64,000 nt of DNA from Thermoplasmata archaeon. Lineage in GTDB: Archaea > Thermoplasmatota > Thermoplasmata > Lutacidiplasmatales > UBA184. The position numbers and the translations under genes were made by a program. The notes below the pieces were generated by a model. It was not told the DNA's origin. It was given only the letters and a program-made list of their open reading frames with translations, and did no database searches. Within the stretch, counting starts at the first letter, position 1; each line of letters opens with the position of its first letter. The stretch is from NCBI GenBank assembly GCA_022749815.1, contig JAKIWV010000003.1:40938-104937 (forward strand), written 5' to 3'. Shown here one piece after another: positions 53,062 to 62,918 of the stretch.

Positions 53062-54642
53062 CTACGGGGGTACCAGCGCGGGTTCGCTGGCCGCCTCTCC
53101 GACCAACGGCCGGGCGGGGCCCGGACTTCCCTTTGCCGACGAGGACTTGCCCGGAAGACGGCCGTGGAGGAAGAGAACGAAGCCCAGGGCGGTCACGAGC
53201 AGCGCGAGCATCACGGTGAACGTCTGGTCGTAGGATTGGATCAGCGACCCCGGAAAAGCGGCGAAGGAGCCGAGCAGCGCGAATCGGGTCTGTTGGAACG
53301 AGGCGAGGACGGCCAGTCCGACCGCCCCGCCGAGCGTTTGGATGAACTGAATGAGACCGCCCGCCTCCCCCACGTCCGCGATACCTACCTGGTTCTGCGC
53401 CGCCAGAAGAAACACGGGGAAGGTGAGGCCGATGCCGAAGCCCATCGGAATGAGCCATACGATGAGGCCACCGACGGGAAAGATCCCCCCGTAGAAGGTC
53501 CACAACACCGTGGAGGTCGTCAATCGAGTGAGGCCGAACAAGCCGATCGAGCCCGCGACGAGGCCGAGCACCGCGACCGCCCGGTAGGGTACCCTCGTCA
53601 ATAACTGCCCACCGAGCGCGGCCCCGATGACGAGCGGAATCACGAGCGCGTAGAGCATGTCCCGAACAATGTCGGCTGCGTTCGACCCCGGAGGGGCGAG
53701 GACCGCCCCGACCACGAGGGACAGGAACGTCGCCACGGGAAAGAAGACCATGCCGATGAAGAAGGTCGCCCCGCCGCCGGCTGCCATCACGCGTCGAGCG
53801 AGCAGACGGACCGGAATGAGGGGGTTGCTAGACCGGTACTCCCAGACCACGAAGGCGACGGCCAGGATCGCCGCCAGCGAGAGGAGCACGATCACCCGAG
53901 CGTCGGTCCATCCCCACCCATTGTCCGCAATCTGGTACAGGGGAAACATCAGGGTCCCCACCCAAGCCGACAGGAGGGCCGCGCCCGCGAGATCGAACCG
54001 CCGGACGACGCTCGGACGCAACGGTCCGAGTACTGCCGCGATCAGGACGAACCCGAGAATTCCGATGGGCAGGTTGACGTAGAACACCCACCGCCAGCCG
54101 AACGTTCCCGTGATGAAAGCCCCGAGAAGAGGTCCGGCGACCACCGCGATCCCGAAGACTCCCGAGAGGGCCCCGATGACCCTCGCACGAGTCTCCGGTG
54201 GAAAGGTCACCGCCACGATCGCTATGCCGACGGGGAAGAACCCTCCGCTGCCGAAACCCTGGACGGCTCGGAACAGGATCAGCTCGGTAAGATTCTGGCT
54301 CAGCCCCGAGAGCATCGATCCGACGATAAAGATGGCGAGCCCTCCGAGGAAGACGTTCCGCCGGCTCCACAGGTCGGAGAGCTTGGAGAAAATGCCGATG
54401 CCGATCGTCGATGCGATGACGTACGCGCTGACCACGAATGGGCCGCCCGTCGGCTGGGCAAACTCGGTCAGGATCCTGTTGAGAGCGGTGAGAACCACGA
54501 AGTTGTCCAGTGCCCCCATCAACAGCGACGAGAGGATTCCGATGACCACCAACGCTTCGATTCGTCGGCTGCGTTCGGTGACGGGAATCGTCTCCCCTCC
54601 GTGCGTCCCGCTTCCTCCGTCCGTGACCGTAGAATCGGTCAT
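53062..54642 (-). CDS. MFS transporter, DHA2/EmrB-like (14 TM)
   Basis: 14 hydrophobic helices. GxLSDLWSRR motif A. Confidence 0.8.
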   Translation of the reverse strand: MTDSTVTDGGSGTHGGETIPVTERSRRIEALVVIGILSSLLMGALDNFVVLTALNRILTEFAQPTGGPFVVSAYVIASTIGIGIFSKLSDLWSRRNVFLGGLAIFIVGSMLSGLSQNLTELILFRAVQGFGSGGFFPVGIAIVAVTFPPETRARVIGALSGVFGIAVVAGPLLGAFITGTFGWRWVFYVNLPIGILGFVLIAAVLGPLRPSVVRRFDLAGAALLSAWVGTLMFPLYQIADNGWGWTDARVIVLLSLAAILAVAFVVWEYRSSNPLIPVRLLARRVMAAGGGATFFIGMVFFPVATFLSLVVGAVLAPPGSNAADIVRDMLYALVIPLVIGAALGGQLLTRVPYRAVAVLGLVAGSIGLFGLTRLTTSTVLWTFYGGIFPVGGLIVWLIPMGFGIGLTFPVFLLAAQNQVGIADVGEAGGLIQFIQTLGGAVGLAVLASFQQTRFALLGSFAAFPGSLIQSYDQTFTVMLALLVTALGFVLFLHGRLPGKSSSAKGSPGPARPLVGEAASEPALVPP

Positions 54643-54771
54643 GACTCGACCGTAAGAATAGTCGGCCGATACGCGGGAGGAAAGAACGGCAGGAGATCAC
54701 CTTCGGAAGGTCGGGTCGTTCGGAGCAGGACGCCGAAATAAAACTGTCGTAACGTGCCCTTCTCTCGATTC

Positions 54772-54846
54772 CCCACGGGCGACGCCGCGAGAGGAAGCAC
54801 CCTCCGGAGGGTTCTTCCATGGACCAGAATCCGCGGAGCCCGTGGG
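54772..54846 (+). other. Nested long-range hairpin (candidate structured RNA)
   Basis: Pairings: 54772-80/54838-46 (9 bp), 54785-89/54832-36 (5 bp), 54793-97/54814-18 (5 bp), and apical palindrome ACCCTCC/GGAGGGT at 54799-54812. Confidence 0.35.
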
Positions 54847-54857
54847 TCGTTGCGGCT

Positions 54858-54874
54858 CGTCGCCGTCGGCGACG
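54858..54874. repeat. 17-nt palindrome CGTCGCCG-T-CGGCGACG
   Basis: Verified base by base. Confidence 0.7.
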
Positions 54875-54882
54875 CGGAACGT

Positions 54883-54904
54883 CCTCCTCCATCGATGGAG
54901 GAGG
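54883..54904. repeat. 22-nt perfect palindrome CCTCCTCCATCGATGGAGGAGG
   Basis: Verified base by base. Confidence 0.7.
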
Positions 54905-54951
54905 CACGGTTCCTCACCGACGCGCCGCCCCGAGGAACGCCGGAGCGAGGG

Positions 54952-54958
54952 TTAAATA
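54952..54958 (+). promoter_or_regulatory. TATA-like box upstream of the rps12 operon
   Basis: TTAAATA about 40 nt before the ATG at 54996. Confidence 0.4.
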
Positions 54959-54995
54959 GGGTGCATCGATGGGACGCCCCCTCCGATAGAAAACC

Positions 54996-55430
54996 ATGCC
55001 TCCTCCGTCAGGACTTTACACCGCCAACCGGCTGGCTTCGCTCCGCAAGCGGCGACGCTGGTCTGACCGGTACTACAAGCGGCGGGTGCTGCATCTCAAG
55101 GAAAAATCTGACCCGCTCGAGGGGGCCCCCCAGGGTCGCGGCATCGTGATCGAAAAGGTCGGGATCGAGGCCAAGCAGCCCAACTCCGCAATCCGCAAGT
55201 GCGTCAAGGTCCAGCTGATCAAGAACGGCCGTCAGATCACCGCCTTCGCGGTGGGCGACGGCGCTATCAACTTCATCGACGAACATGACGAAGTGATGGT
55301 CGAAGGCATCGGGGGCCGGATGGGGCGTTCCTACGGGGACATTCCAGGCGTCCGGTACAAAGTGATTCAGGTCAACAGCGTCTCGCTGGACGAGCTGGTT
55401 CGGGGCCGGAAGGAGAAGCCGCAACGATGA
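54996..55430 (+). CDS. rps12: 30S ribosomal protein S12
   Basis: [23 protein letters not shown]. Archaeal-type N-terminus. Confidence 0.95.
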   Translation: MPPPSGLYTANRLASLRKRRRWSDRYYKRRVLHLKEKSDPLEGAPQGRGIVIEKVGIEAKQPNSAIRKCVKVQLIKNGRQITAFAVGDGAINFIDEHDEVMVEGIGGRMGRSYGDIPGVRYKVIQVNSVSLDELVRGRKEKPQR

Positions 55431-56113
55431 GCGCTCGCCGCGACGACCTGCCCAAGGCCGGCCCCCCGGCCGCCGCGCGCCCTTTGGGCCTGGACGAGGC
55501 GCCCGCCGCTCCGGTGCCGAAGCCAGTCGCCCCGCTCCCGCCGCCGTTCCCGGTGCCTCCCCTGTTCGGAAAATATCCGTTCGAAGGCGTGACGGTGCTG
55601 GATCCCGGCCTCGTCCCGTACCTGTACCTACATCCGGTCTACGTACCGCATTCCGAGGGCCGACTCTCGGGTCGCCCGTTCATGAAGAGCCACATGCATC
55701 TCGTGGAGCGCCTCGCGAACCACTTGATGAAGGGCGGCTCGTTCACCGGTAAGAAATCCAAGGCGCTCCGGGTCATCCGAGAGGCGTTTGACGAGCTCGC
55801 GAAGCGAACCCAGGAGAATCCGATCCAGCTCCTCGTCCGCGCCGTCGAGAATGCCGCGCCCCGAGAGGAGGTCACGCGCCTACAGTTCGGAGGGATCTCG
55901 GTCCCCCGGGCCGTCGACGCCGCGCCAGCCCGTCGGGTGCACGTCGCCATCCGCCACATCGCGATGGGAGCGATCAAAGCCTCCCACAAGTCGACGAAGT
56001 CGATCTCCTCGTGCCTCGCCACGGAGATCGCGTCCGCCGCGAAAGGCGACCTGACGAGCTTCGCCGTCGGCCGCAAGGAAGAGGTCGAGCGGGTCGCGCA
56101 GTCGGCGCGCTGA
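55427..56113 (+). CDS. rps7: 30S ribosomal protein S7 with Pro/Ala-rich N-terminal extension
   Basis: [17 protein letters not shown] core begins about 45 codons after the ATG that overlaps the rps12 stop (ATGA). Confidence 0.9.
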   Translation: MSARRDDLPKAGPPAAARPLGLDEAPAAPVPKPVAPLPPPFPVPPLFGKYPFEGVTVLDPGLVPYLYLHPVYVPHSEGRLSGRPFMKSHMHLVERLANHLMKGGSFTGKKSKALRVIREAFDELAKRTQENPIQLLVRAVENAAPREEVTRLQFGGISVPRAVDAAPARRVHVAIRHIAMGAIKASHKSTKSISSCLATEIASAAKGDLTSFAVGRKEEVERVAQSAR

Positions 56114-56129
56114 GGCGGGGAGTCGGGAC

Positions 56130-58331
56130 ATGGCGCACATTCGGGCGGAACTGGCGAAGGCCATTCCGGAAATGATGCACCAGATCCACAAGATCCGGAA
56201 CATCGGCATCGTCGCCCACATCCATCACGGCAAGACCACCCTCTCCGACAACCTGCTCGCCGCCGCCGGCATGATATCGAGCGAGCTCGCGGGGAAGCAG
56301 CTCTACCTCAACTTCGACGAGCAGGAGCAGACCCGTCTCCTCACGATCAACAACGCCGACGTGACGATCGTGCACGAGTACGAGGGTGAGCAGCACCTGA
56401 TCAATCTCATCGACACGCCGGGCCACGTCGACTTCGGGGGGGACGTCACGCGGGCGATGCGCGCCGTCGACGGCGCGATCGTCGTCGTTTGCGCCGTCGA
56501 AGGGGTCATGGCGCAGACCGAGACGGTCCTCCGGCAGGCGCTCCGGGAGAAGGTCCAACCGGTGCTCTTCATCAACAAGGTCGACCGCGCGATCAAGGAG
56601 CTTCAGCTCGGCCCCGAGCAGCTCCAGAAGCGCTTCCTGACGATCATCTCCGAGGTCAACGAGCTCATCCGCCGGATGGCGCCCGACGAGTTCGTCGACA
56701 CGTGGTCCGTCGACCCGCGGGACGGTTCGGTGGCGTTCGGCTCCGGCTACGAGAACTGGGCGATCAGCGTGCCCTACATGCAGCGGAACCAGGTCACGTT
56801 CAAGGACATCATCGACTACGTGTCCACGGGTCGCTCCAAGGAGATCGCCAAGAAGGCCCGGATCAACGACGTCGTCTTCGACATGGTCGTGAAGCATTTG
56901 CCGAGTCCCGCCCAGGCGCAGAAGTACCGGATCCCCAACATCTGGAAGGGCGAGATCGACTCCGTCGTGGGCCAGGCGATGATGACGACCGCGCGCGACG
57001 GCCCGACGGCCTTCATGGTCACCGACATCACGATGGACCCGAACGCCGGCGAGATCGCCACGGGCCGGGTCTTTTCGGGTCGGCTCCGGAAGGGTCAGGA
57101 GCTGAAGATCATCGGCACGAAGCTCACGAACCGCGTTCAGAACGTTTCCCTGTTCATGGGGCCTGAGCGTCTCCTCGTGGAGGAGGTCACGGCCGGGAAC
57201 ATCGCCGCGGTGGTCGGGCTGACCGACGCTTTCGCCGGCACGACGGTCTCCGACGCCGTGGACATGGTGCCCTTCGAGGAGATTCGACACGTCTCCGAGC
57301 CGGTCGTCACCATCGCGATCGAGCCGAAGCACATGAGCGACCTGCCGAAGCTCATCGAAGTGATGCGGAAGATCGCGAAGGAGGACCCGAGCCTCCGGGT
57401 TGAGATCAACCAGGAAACCGGCGAGCACCTCCTCTCGGGCATGGGGGAACTCCACCTCGAGATCGTCCAGTTCCGGATCCTCAACGACCACAAGGTCGAG
57501 ATCGAGGCCTCGAAGCCGATCGTCGTCTACCGCGAGACCGTCGCCGGCCCCGGCGGCCCGTTCGAGGGGAAATCCCCGAACAAGCACAACAAGTTCTACT
57601 TCGAGGTCGAGACGCTCCCCGAGCCGATCATCCGGGCGATCCGGGAGGGCGAGATCGCGCAGGGGAAGTCGTTCAAGGACCTCAAGACGCTGGTCACCAA
57701 GATGCACGGGCTCGGCCTCGCGCGCGAGGAGGGCCGGGGACTCACCGCCGTGGAGGGAACGAACATGCTCGTCGACGTCACGAAGGGGATCCAGTACCTC
57801 AACGAAACGATGGACCTCATCGTCGACGCGTTCAAGGAAGCGATGAACCGGGGACCGCTCGCCAACGAGAGGGTCTACGGTCTCAAGGTCCGCCTCGTCG
57901 ACGCGAAGCTCCACGAGGACTCGATCCACCGCGGGCCCGCGCAGACGATCCCCGCCGCGCGCTCGGGCATGTACGGGGCGATGGTCCTGGCCGGTCGCGT
58001 GCTCCTCGAGCCGCTCCAGAAGGTCACCGTCAACGTCCCGCAGGAGGTGCTCGCCAACGCGACGCGTGAGCTTCAACGCCGGCGCGGCGAGATACTGGAC
58101 ATGACGAGCGTCGGCGACCTCCAGACCGTCTCCGCGAAGGTGCCGGTCGCGGAGCTGTTCGGCTTCGCCTCGGACATCCGGAGCGCCACGGCGGGCAAGG
58201 TCCTCTGGTCGACGGAATCGATGGGCTTCGAGCGCGTTCCGACCGAGCTCCAGTCACCGGTGGTCGCCGAGATCCGCCAACGGCGGGGGCTCAAGCCGGA
58301 ACCGTACGACGCAGCCTACTACAGCGGGTAG
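56130..58331 (+). CDS. fusA: Elongation factor 2 (aEF-2)
   Basis: AHIHHGKTT and DTPGHVDF G-motifs. Diphthamide loop HEDSIHRGPAQ. Confidence 0.95.
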   Translation: MAHIRAELAKAIPEMMHQIHKIRNIGIVAHIHHGKTTLSDNLLAAAGMISSELAGKQLYLNFDEQEQTRLLTINNADVTIVHEYEGEQHLINLIDTPGHVDFGGDVTRAMRAVDGAIVVVCAVEGVMAQTETVLRQALREKVQPVLFINKVDRAIKELQLGPEQLQKRFLTIISEVNELIRRMAPDEFVDTWSVDPRDGSVAFGSGYENWAISVPYMQRNQVTFKDIIDYVSTGRSKEIAKKARINDVVFDMVVKHLPSPAQAQKYRIPNIWKGEIDSVVGQAMMTTARDGPTAFMVTDITMDPNAGEIATGRVFSGRLRKGQELKIIGTKLTNRVQNVSLFMGPERLLVEEVTAGNIAAVVGLTDAFAGTTVSDAVDMVPFEEIRHVSEPVVTIAIEPKHMSDLPKLIEVMRKIAKEDPSLRVEINQETGEHLLSGMGELHLEIVQFRILNDHKVEIEASKPIVVYRETVAGPGGPFEGKSPNKHNKFYFEVETLPEPIIRAIREGEIAQGKSFKDLKTLVTKMHGLGLAREEGRGLTAVEGTNMLVDVTKGIQYLNETMDLIVDAFKEAMNRGPLANERVYGLKVRLVDAKLHEDSIHRGPAQTIPAARSGMYGAMVLAGRVLLEPLQKVTVNVPQEVLANATRELQRRRGEILDMTSVGDLQTVSAKVPVAELFGFASDIRSATAGKVLWSTESMGFERVPTELQSPVVAEIRQRRGLKPEPYDAAYYSG

Positions 58332-58389
58332 TAGGTACAAAACCATCTACAACTTGTAGTAGGTTCGAGGGCCCGTTGCCCCCGAGGGG

Positions 58390-59001
58390 CTACGGGTCCG
58401 AGGGGGCGTGCCCGGGGGGACCGGCGCGCAGGTGGTCGAGGGTTTGCTGGTCCCTATGTCGCGGGCCTTCGAAGCTGCGGGACTTGAGCGGCCAGGAGCC
58501 CTCGTGGGCCAGCAGCCAGCGCTTCCGCCAGAGGCCGAGACCGAATCCGGTGAGCGTCTGGTCGGCGCCGACGACCCGGTGGCAGGGTACGACGATCGGG
58601 ATCGGATTCCGTCCCACCGCGCCGCCGACCGCCCGGGCGGCCCCGGGATAACCGATCCGGCGGGCGACCTCTCCGTACGTGGCCGTGGTGCCGGAGGGGA
58701 TCTTGAGCAGTTCGTCCCAGACCTTCCGGTCGAAGTCGGTCCCCATCGTCGGGGAGATCGCGACGTCGAACTCGCTCCGGTGACCCTGGAAGTACTCCTT
58801 GAGCTGGCGCGGGGGCGAGCCGGGCGGGAACGGCGGTCGCTGGACCCGCGTACCGAGGGGGATCCCGACCTGCGCGACGCCGGGCTCGGCGAGGTCGATG
58901 ATCTGGACCGTGCGGCCATCGTAGACGATCTGGAAGGTGCCGACGGGGGTCGGCACGGAGGCGACGAACGCTCCCTTCTCGGACACGGCGTCGGGGAACA
59001 C
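58390..59001 (-). CDS. ogt: Methylated-DNA--protein-cysteine methyltransferase
   Basis: IVVPCHRVV active site, YGEVARRIG helix. GTG start inside ORF 58390..59778. Confidence 0.8.
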   Translation of the reverse strand: MFPDAVSEKGAFVASVPTPVGTFQIVYDGRTVQIIDLAEPGVAQVGIPLGTRVQRPPFPPGSPPRQLKEYFQGHRSEFDVAISPTMGTDFDRKVWDELLKIPSGTTATYGEVARRIGYPGAARAVGGAVGRNPIPIVVPCHRVVGADQTLTGFGLGLWRKRWLLAHEGSWPLKSRSFEGPRHRDQQTLDHLRAGPPGHAPSDP

Positions 59002-59055
59002 GTGCAAGGTAATGTCGGTTCCGGGGAGCGGGGGCGGTTCCGACCGCGCGCCGCT

Positions 59056-59829
59056 ATGGTTATGGGGTCGCCGCCCTGCTCGCCCCTCGGAGAGCGGGCG
59101 GTGTCGCTGCGCCGGTTTTTCGAGGAGATTCCGTCCACCCACGCCGAGGCGCTCCGCCTCGCGCACGAGGGAGCGCCGCCGGGCACGTACGTCGTGTCGG
59201 CCCGTCAGAGCGCGGGAAAGGGACGCTCCGACCACTCGTGGATTTCCCCGCCCGGAGGGTTGTACCTTTCCGTGATCGTCACGCTCCCGTCGTCCCCCTC
59301 GGGGATTCTTCCGCTCGGGCTGGGGGAGCGCCTGCGACAGCACTTCGAGGAGGCGTACGGAGTACGGTCGGTCCTGAAGTGGCCGAACGACCTCCTCGTT
59401 CCGACCGAGCGAGGCGTCTACCGGAAGTTGGCGGGCGTCCTGGTCGACCGGGTGGATGCCTCGACCGCAGTCATCAGCGTCGGGGTCAACGTGGCGGTGT
59501 CGCGCGCGGACTTCCCGCCCGAGGTGGGAGAGCGGGTGGCGATCCTGAGGGAGCTGACGAGCTATCCACCGGCGGTGGCGCAGGTCGAGACGGAAACGCT
59601 CGAGGTCGTCCAGTCCACTCTCGAGCTGCTCGAGAGCGAGGCGGGACGCCGCGCCCTCGTGGCCGCGTGCCGTCGGTCGCTGTACGGACGGGGCCGTTCC
59701 GCGCGGGTCGACGGGCGACGCGTGGGCGTCATCCGGGACCTGGGCGACGAGGGCGAGCTGTGGGTCGAAGGAGACCACGGGCGAGAAGCCGTCTGGGCCG
59801 GCGACCTGACGATCGAGGAGGAAGGCTAA
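59056..59829 (+). CDS. birA: Biotin--protein ligase
   Basis: QSAGKGRSDHSWISPPGGLYLS...KWPNDL. ATG inside ORF 58408..59829. Confidence 0.8.
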   Translation: MVMGSPPCSPLGERAVSLRRFFEEIPSTHAEALRLAHEGAPPGTYVVSARQSAGKGRSDHSWISPPGGLYLSVIVTLPSSPSGILPLGLGERLRQHFEEAYGVRSVLKWPNDLLVPTERGVYRKLAGVLVDRVDASTAVISVGVNVAVSRADFPPEVGERVAILRELTSYPPAVAQVETETLEVVQSTLELLESEAGRRALVAACRRSLYGRGRSARVDGRRVGVIRDLGDEGELWVEGDHGREAVWAGDLTIEEEG

Positions 59830-59831
59830 GC

Positions 59832-61376
59832 ATGGCGTTCGAACGCTGGCGGCTGCTGAAGGAGAAATCGCGCGAGGGCGGTGGCGCGGAGCGCGTCCGG
59901 AAACACCAGGCGGACGGTCGGCTCACCGCCCGGGAGCGGCTCGAGGCGTTCTTCGACGCGGGGAGCTTCGTCGAGCTCGACCCGTTCGTCGTGCACCGGA
60001 GCGAGCGGTTCGGCATGGGGGAGCGGCGGGTCCTCGGCGATGGCGTCGTGACCGGCTGGGGCGACGTCGAGGGCCGACCGGTCTGCGCCTTCGCTCAGGA
60101 CGCCACGGTGTTCGGTGGTTCGCTCGGCGAAGCGCATGCCGAGAAGATCGTGAAGGTGATGGATCTCGCGGCGAAGGCGGGCGTCCCGCTCGTCGGTCTC
60201 AACGATTCCGGTGGCGCGCGGATCCAGGAGGGCGTCATCGGGCTCGGGGGCTACGGGAACGTGTTCTTCCGGAACGTGGCGCTCTCCGGGGTCGTGCCAC
60301 AACTCTCGGTGATCTTGGGGCCGTGCGCCGGGGGGGCCGTCTACTCTCCCGCGATGACCGACTTCATCCTCATGGTGCGCGGCCAGTCGCAGATGTTCAT
60401 CACCGGACCGGATGTCATTCGGGCTGTCACCGGCGAGGAGGTCACCCAGGAAGCGCTCGGTGGCGCTGACACCCACGCCGGAACCAGTGGCGTGTCGCAC
60501 TTCACCGCCGGCTCCGACGCGGAAGCGCTCGAGCTGACGCGCCATCTGCTGGGGTATCTTCCGCTCAACAACCTCGAGGACCCCCCTCGGGCGGTGGCCG
60601 TGGAACCGGCGGCGTCGGCGTCGTCCGAGCTCGCAAAGGTGGTTCCCGAGAGCTCCGATGCGGCGTACGACGTCCACGAGGTGATTGAACGCCTCCTCGA
60701 CCCGGGCAGCCTGCTCGAAGTGCAGCCGACGTGGGGGTCGAACCTCGTCGTCGGCTTCGCCCGCCTCGACGGGCAGCCGGTCGGCGTCGTCGCCAATCAA
60801 CCGAAGGTGCTCGCGGGGACGCTCGATATCACGGCGTCCACGAAAGGGGCCCGGTTCGTCCGGTTCTGCGATGCGTTCAACCTGCCTCTCGTGACCCTGG
60901 TCGACGTGCCGGGATTCCTCCCGGGCACGGCCCAGGAGTTTGGCGGGATCATCCGACATGGGGCGAAGTTGCTCTACGCCTTCGCCGAGGCGACGGTGCC
61001 GAAGGTGACCGTGATCCTGCGGAAGGCCTACGGCGGCGCGTACGACGTCATGTGCTCGAAGCACATCGGGGGCGACCTCAACCTGGCGTGGCCCATGGCC
61101 GAGATCGCCGTGATGGGCGCCGACGGGGCCGTCAACATTCTGTTCCATCGGGAGATCTCCCAGGCCCCCGAGTCGGAGCGCGCCGCGGTCCGAGCGCGGT
61201 TGACGAGGGAGTATCGCGCGGAGTTCCTGAATCCGTACCTGGCGGCCGAACGCGGGTACCTCGACGACGTCATCGACCCGGCCGACACCCGGGCCCGCCT
61301 CGTCGCCGGCCTGCGGCTGCTCCGGTCGAAGCGAGAGGACCGGCCGCCGAAGAAGCACGGCAACATCCCGCTCTAG
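59832..61376 (+). CDS. pccB: Acyl-CoA carboxyltransferase (PccB / transcarboxylase 12S-like)
   Basis: GRLTARERLEAFFD, AQDATVFGGSLGE, GPCAGGAVYSPA motifs. ATG inside ORF 59238..61376. Confidence 0.85.
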   Translation: MAFERWRLLKEKSREGGGAERVRKHQADGRLTARERLEAFFDAGSFVELDPFVVHRSERFGMGERRVLGDGVVTGWGDVEGRPVCAFAQDATVFGGSLGEAHAEKIVKVMDLAAKAGVPLVGLNDSGGARIQEGVIGLGGYGNVFFRNVALSGVVPQLSVILGPCAGGAVYSPAMTDFILMVRGQSQMFITGPDVIRAVTGEEVTQEALGGADTHAGTSGVSHFTAGSDAEALELTRHLLGYLPLNNLEDPPRAVAVEPAASASSELAKVVPESSDAAYDVHEVIERLLDPGSLLEVQPTWGSNLVVGFARLDGQPVGVVANQPKVLAGTLDITASTKGARFVRFCDAFNLPLVTLVDVPGFLPGTAQEFGGIIRHGAKLLYAFAEATVPKVTVILRKAYGGAYDVMCSKHIGGDLNLAWPMAEIAVMGADGAVNILFHREISQAPESERAAVRARLTREYRAEFLNPYLAAERGYLDDVIDPADTRARLVAGLRLLRSKREDRPPKKHGNIPL

Positions 61377-61397
61377 CGCGGAGGCGCCGAGCGACCC

Positions 61398-62918
61398 ATG
61401 GTAGCGATCACCGAGACCGTTCTACGGGACGGCCACCAGTCGCTCATCGCCACGCGGATGCGGACCCGGCACATGCTGCCGGCCGCCGAACGGCTCGATG
61501 CCGTCGGCTACCGGTCCCTTGAGGTCTGGGGCGGCGCGACGTTCGACGTCTGCCTCCGGTTCCTCCACGAGGACCCGTGGGAACGTCTCCGGGCGCTGAA
61601 GCGCCGGATCCGGAAGACGCCGCTCCAGATGCTCCTGCGGGGCCAGAACCTCGTCGGCTACCGGCACTACCCCGACGACCTCGTCGAGCGGTTCGTACGG
61701 CGCGCGGCGCACGAAGGGGTGGACATCTTTCGCGTATTCGACGCGCTCAACGACCCCCGCAACATGGAGACCGCGCTTCGCGCGGTCCGGTCCGCCGGCG
61801 GTCGGGCCCAGGGAACGATCTGCTACACCCAGTCTCCCGTGCATCCGCTCGAATCGTTCGTCCGGCTCGGACGGACGCTCGCCCAAATGGGCGCGGAGGA
61901 GCTCTGCCTCAAGGACATGGGGGGGTTCATGCCCCCGAGCGACGCGGGGTCGCTCGTCCGCGCCCTCGTGCACGAGGTCGGACTGCCGGTCGTGGTGCAC
62001 ACCCACTCCTCGAGCGGCATGTCGGCGATGGCCTGCATGGCGGCGGCCGACGCCGGCGCGACGGCCGTCGACGCCGCCCTCTCCCCGTTTGCCGGCGGCG
62101 CGTCGCAGCCGCCCACCGAGAGCCTCGTCGGCGCATTCCGGGGGGGCCCCCACGACCCGCGACTCGACGTCGGCCAGCTCGCCGAGCTCGCGGAGTATTT
62201 CCAAGGCGTGCTCGCGCACTATCGCCCGATGCTCGACCTCCGCTCGCTCCAGACCGACCCCGGGGTCCTGCTGCATCAGGTGCCGGGCGGGATGCTCTCG
62301 AATCTGCTCTCCCAACTCAAGGAGCAGGACCAACTGGCCCGGCTCCCCGAGGTGCTCGCCGAGATCCCGCGCGTCCGGGCGGACCTCGGATATCCCCCGT
62401 TGGTCACGCCGACCAGCCAGATCGTCGGCATCCAGGCCGTGGTCAATGTGCTTGTCGGCACGCGCTATCAGCAGGTCACCCGCGAGGTGAGCGACTACGT
62501 TCGCGGCCTGTACGGCACGGCGCCGGGTCCGTTGGACCCGGCCCTCCGCGCGAAGGTGCTCGCCGGAACGCCCGCGATCACCGGGCGTCCGGCCGACCTT
62601 CTCGCCCCGGAGTACGAACGGATGCTCGCGGAGGTTCGTATGATCGTGCCGTCGGCGTCGGAGGAAGAGGCCCTCTCGTACGCCGTCTTCCCGTCGGTCT
62701 ATGCCGCCTACCGTCGCGCCGCCGACCAGGGACTGACGGCGGACGTGCTCGACGCCGCGGCGGCCGGCGTGCTCGCCGCGCTCCGGCGGCCCGGAGCCCC
62801 GGGTCGGATGCCCCCGGGAACGGTCCCCGGCGCTTCGCCGTGGGCGCGGGAGGGCCGGAACCGGTTGATGAACGGCGGGAGGTGGCTCCATGAAACTCGT
62901 GGTCGTGCTGGACGGTGA
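61398..62918 (+). CDS. Pyruvate/oxaloacetate carboxyltransferase (OadA/PycB/transcarboxylase 5S-like), no biotinyl domain
   Basis: ITETVLRDGHQSL...LEVWGGATFD...LCLKDMGG...VHTHSSSGM. Confidence 0.85.
   Translation: MVAITETVLRDGHQSLIATRMRTRHMLPAAERLDAVGYRSLEVWGGATFDVCLRFLHEDPWERLRALKRRIRKTPLQMLLRGQNLVGYRHYPDDLVERFVRRAAHEGVDIFRVFDALNDPRNMETALRAVRSAGGRAQGTICYTQSPVHPLESFVRLGRTLAQMGAEELCLKDMGGFMPPSDAGSLVRALVHEVGLPVVVHTHSSSGMSAMACMAAADAGATAVDAALSPFAGGASQPPTESLVGAFRGGPHDPRLDVGQLAELAEYFQGVLAHYRPMLDLRSLQTDPGVLLHQVPGGMLSNLLSQLKEQDQLARLPEVLAEIPRVRADLGYPPLVTPTSQIVGIQAVVNVLVGTRYQQVTREVSDYVRGLYGTAPGPLDPALRAKVLAGTPAITGRPADLLAPEYERMLAEVRMIVPSASEEEALSYAVFPSVYAAYRRAADQGLTADVLDAAAAGVLAALRRPGAPGRMPPGTVPGASPWAREGRNRLMNGGRWLHETRGRAGR

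Noticed and set aside
54754-55149. ORFs crossing the rps12 upstream region (54754-55149 +, 54639-54917 -, 53828-54907 -).
   Set aside because: They overlap rps12 or the MFS gene out of frame and have low-complexity translations. The palindromes there create mirrored ORFs on both strands.
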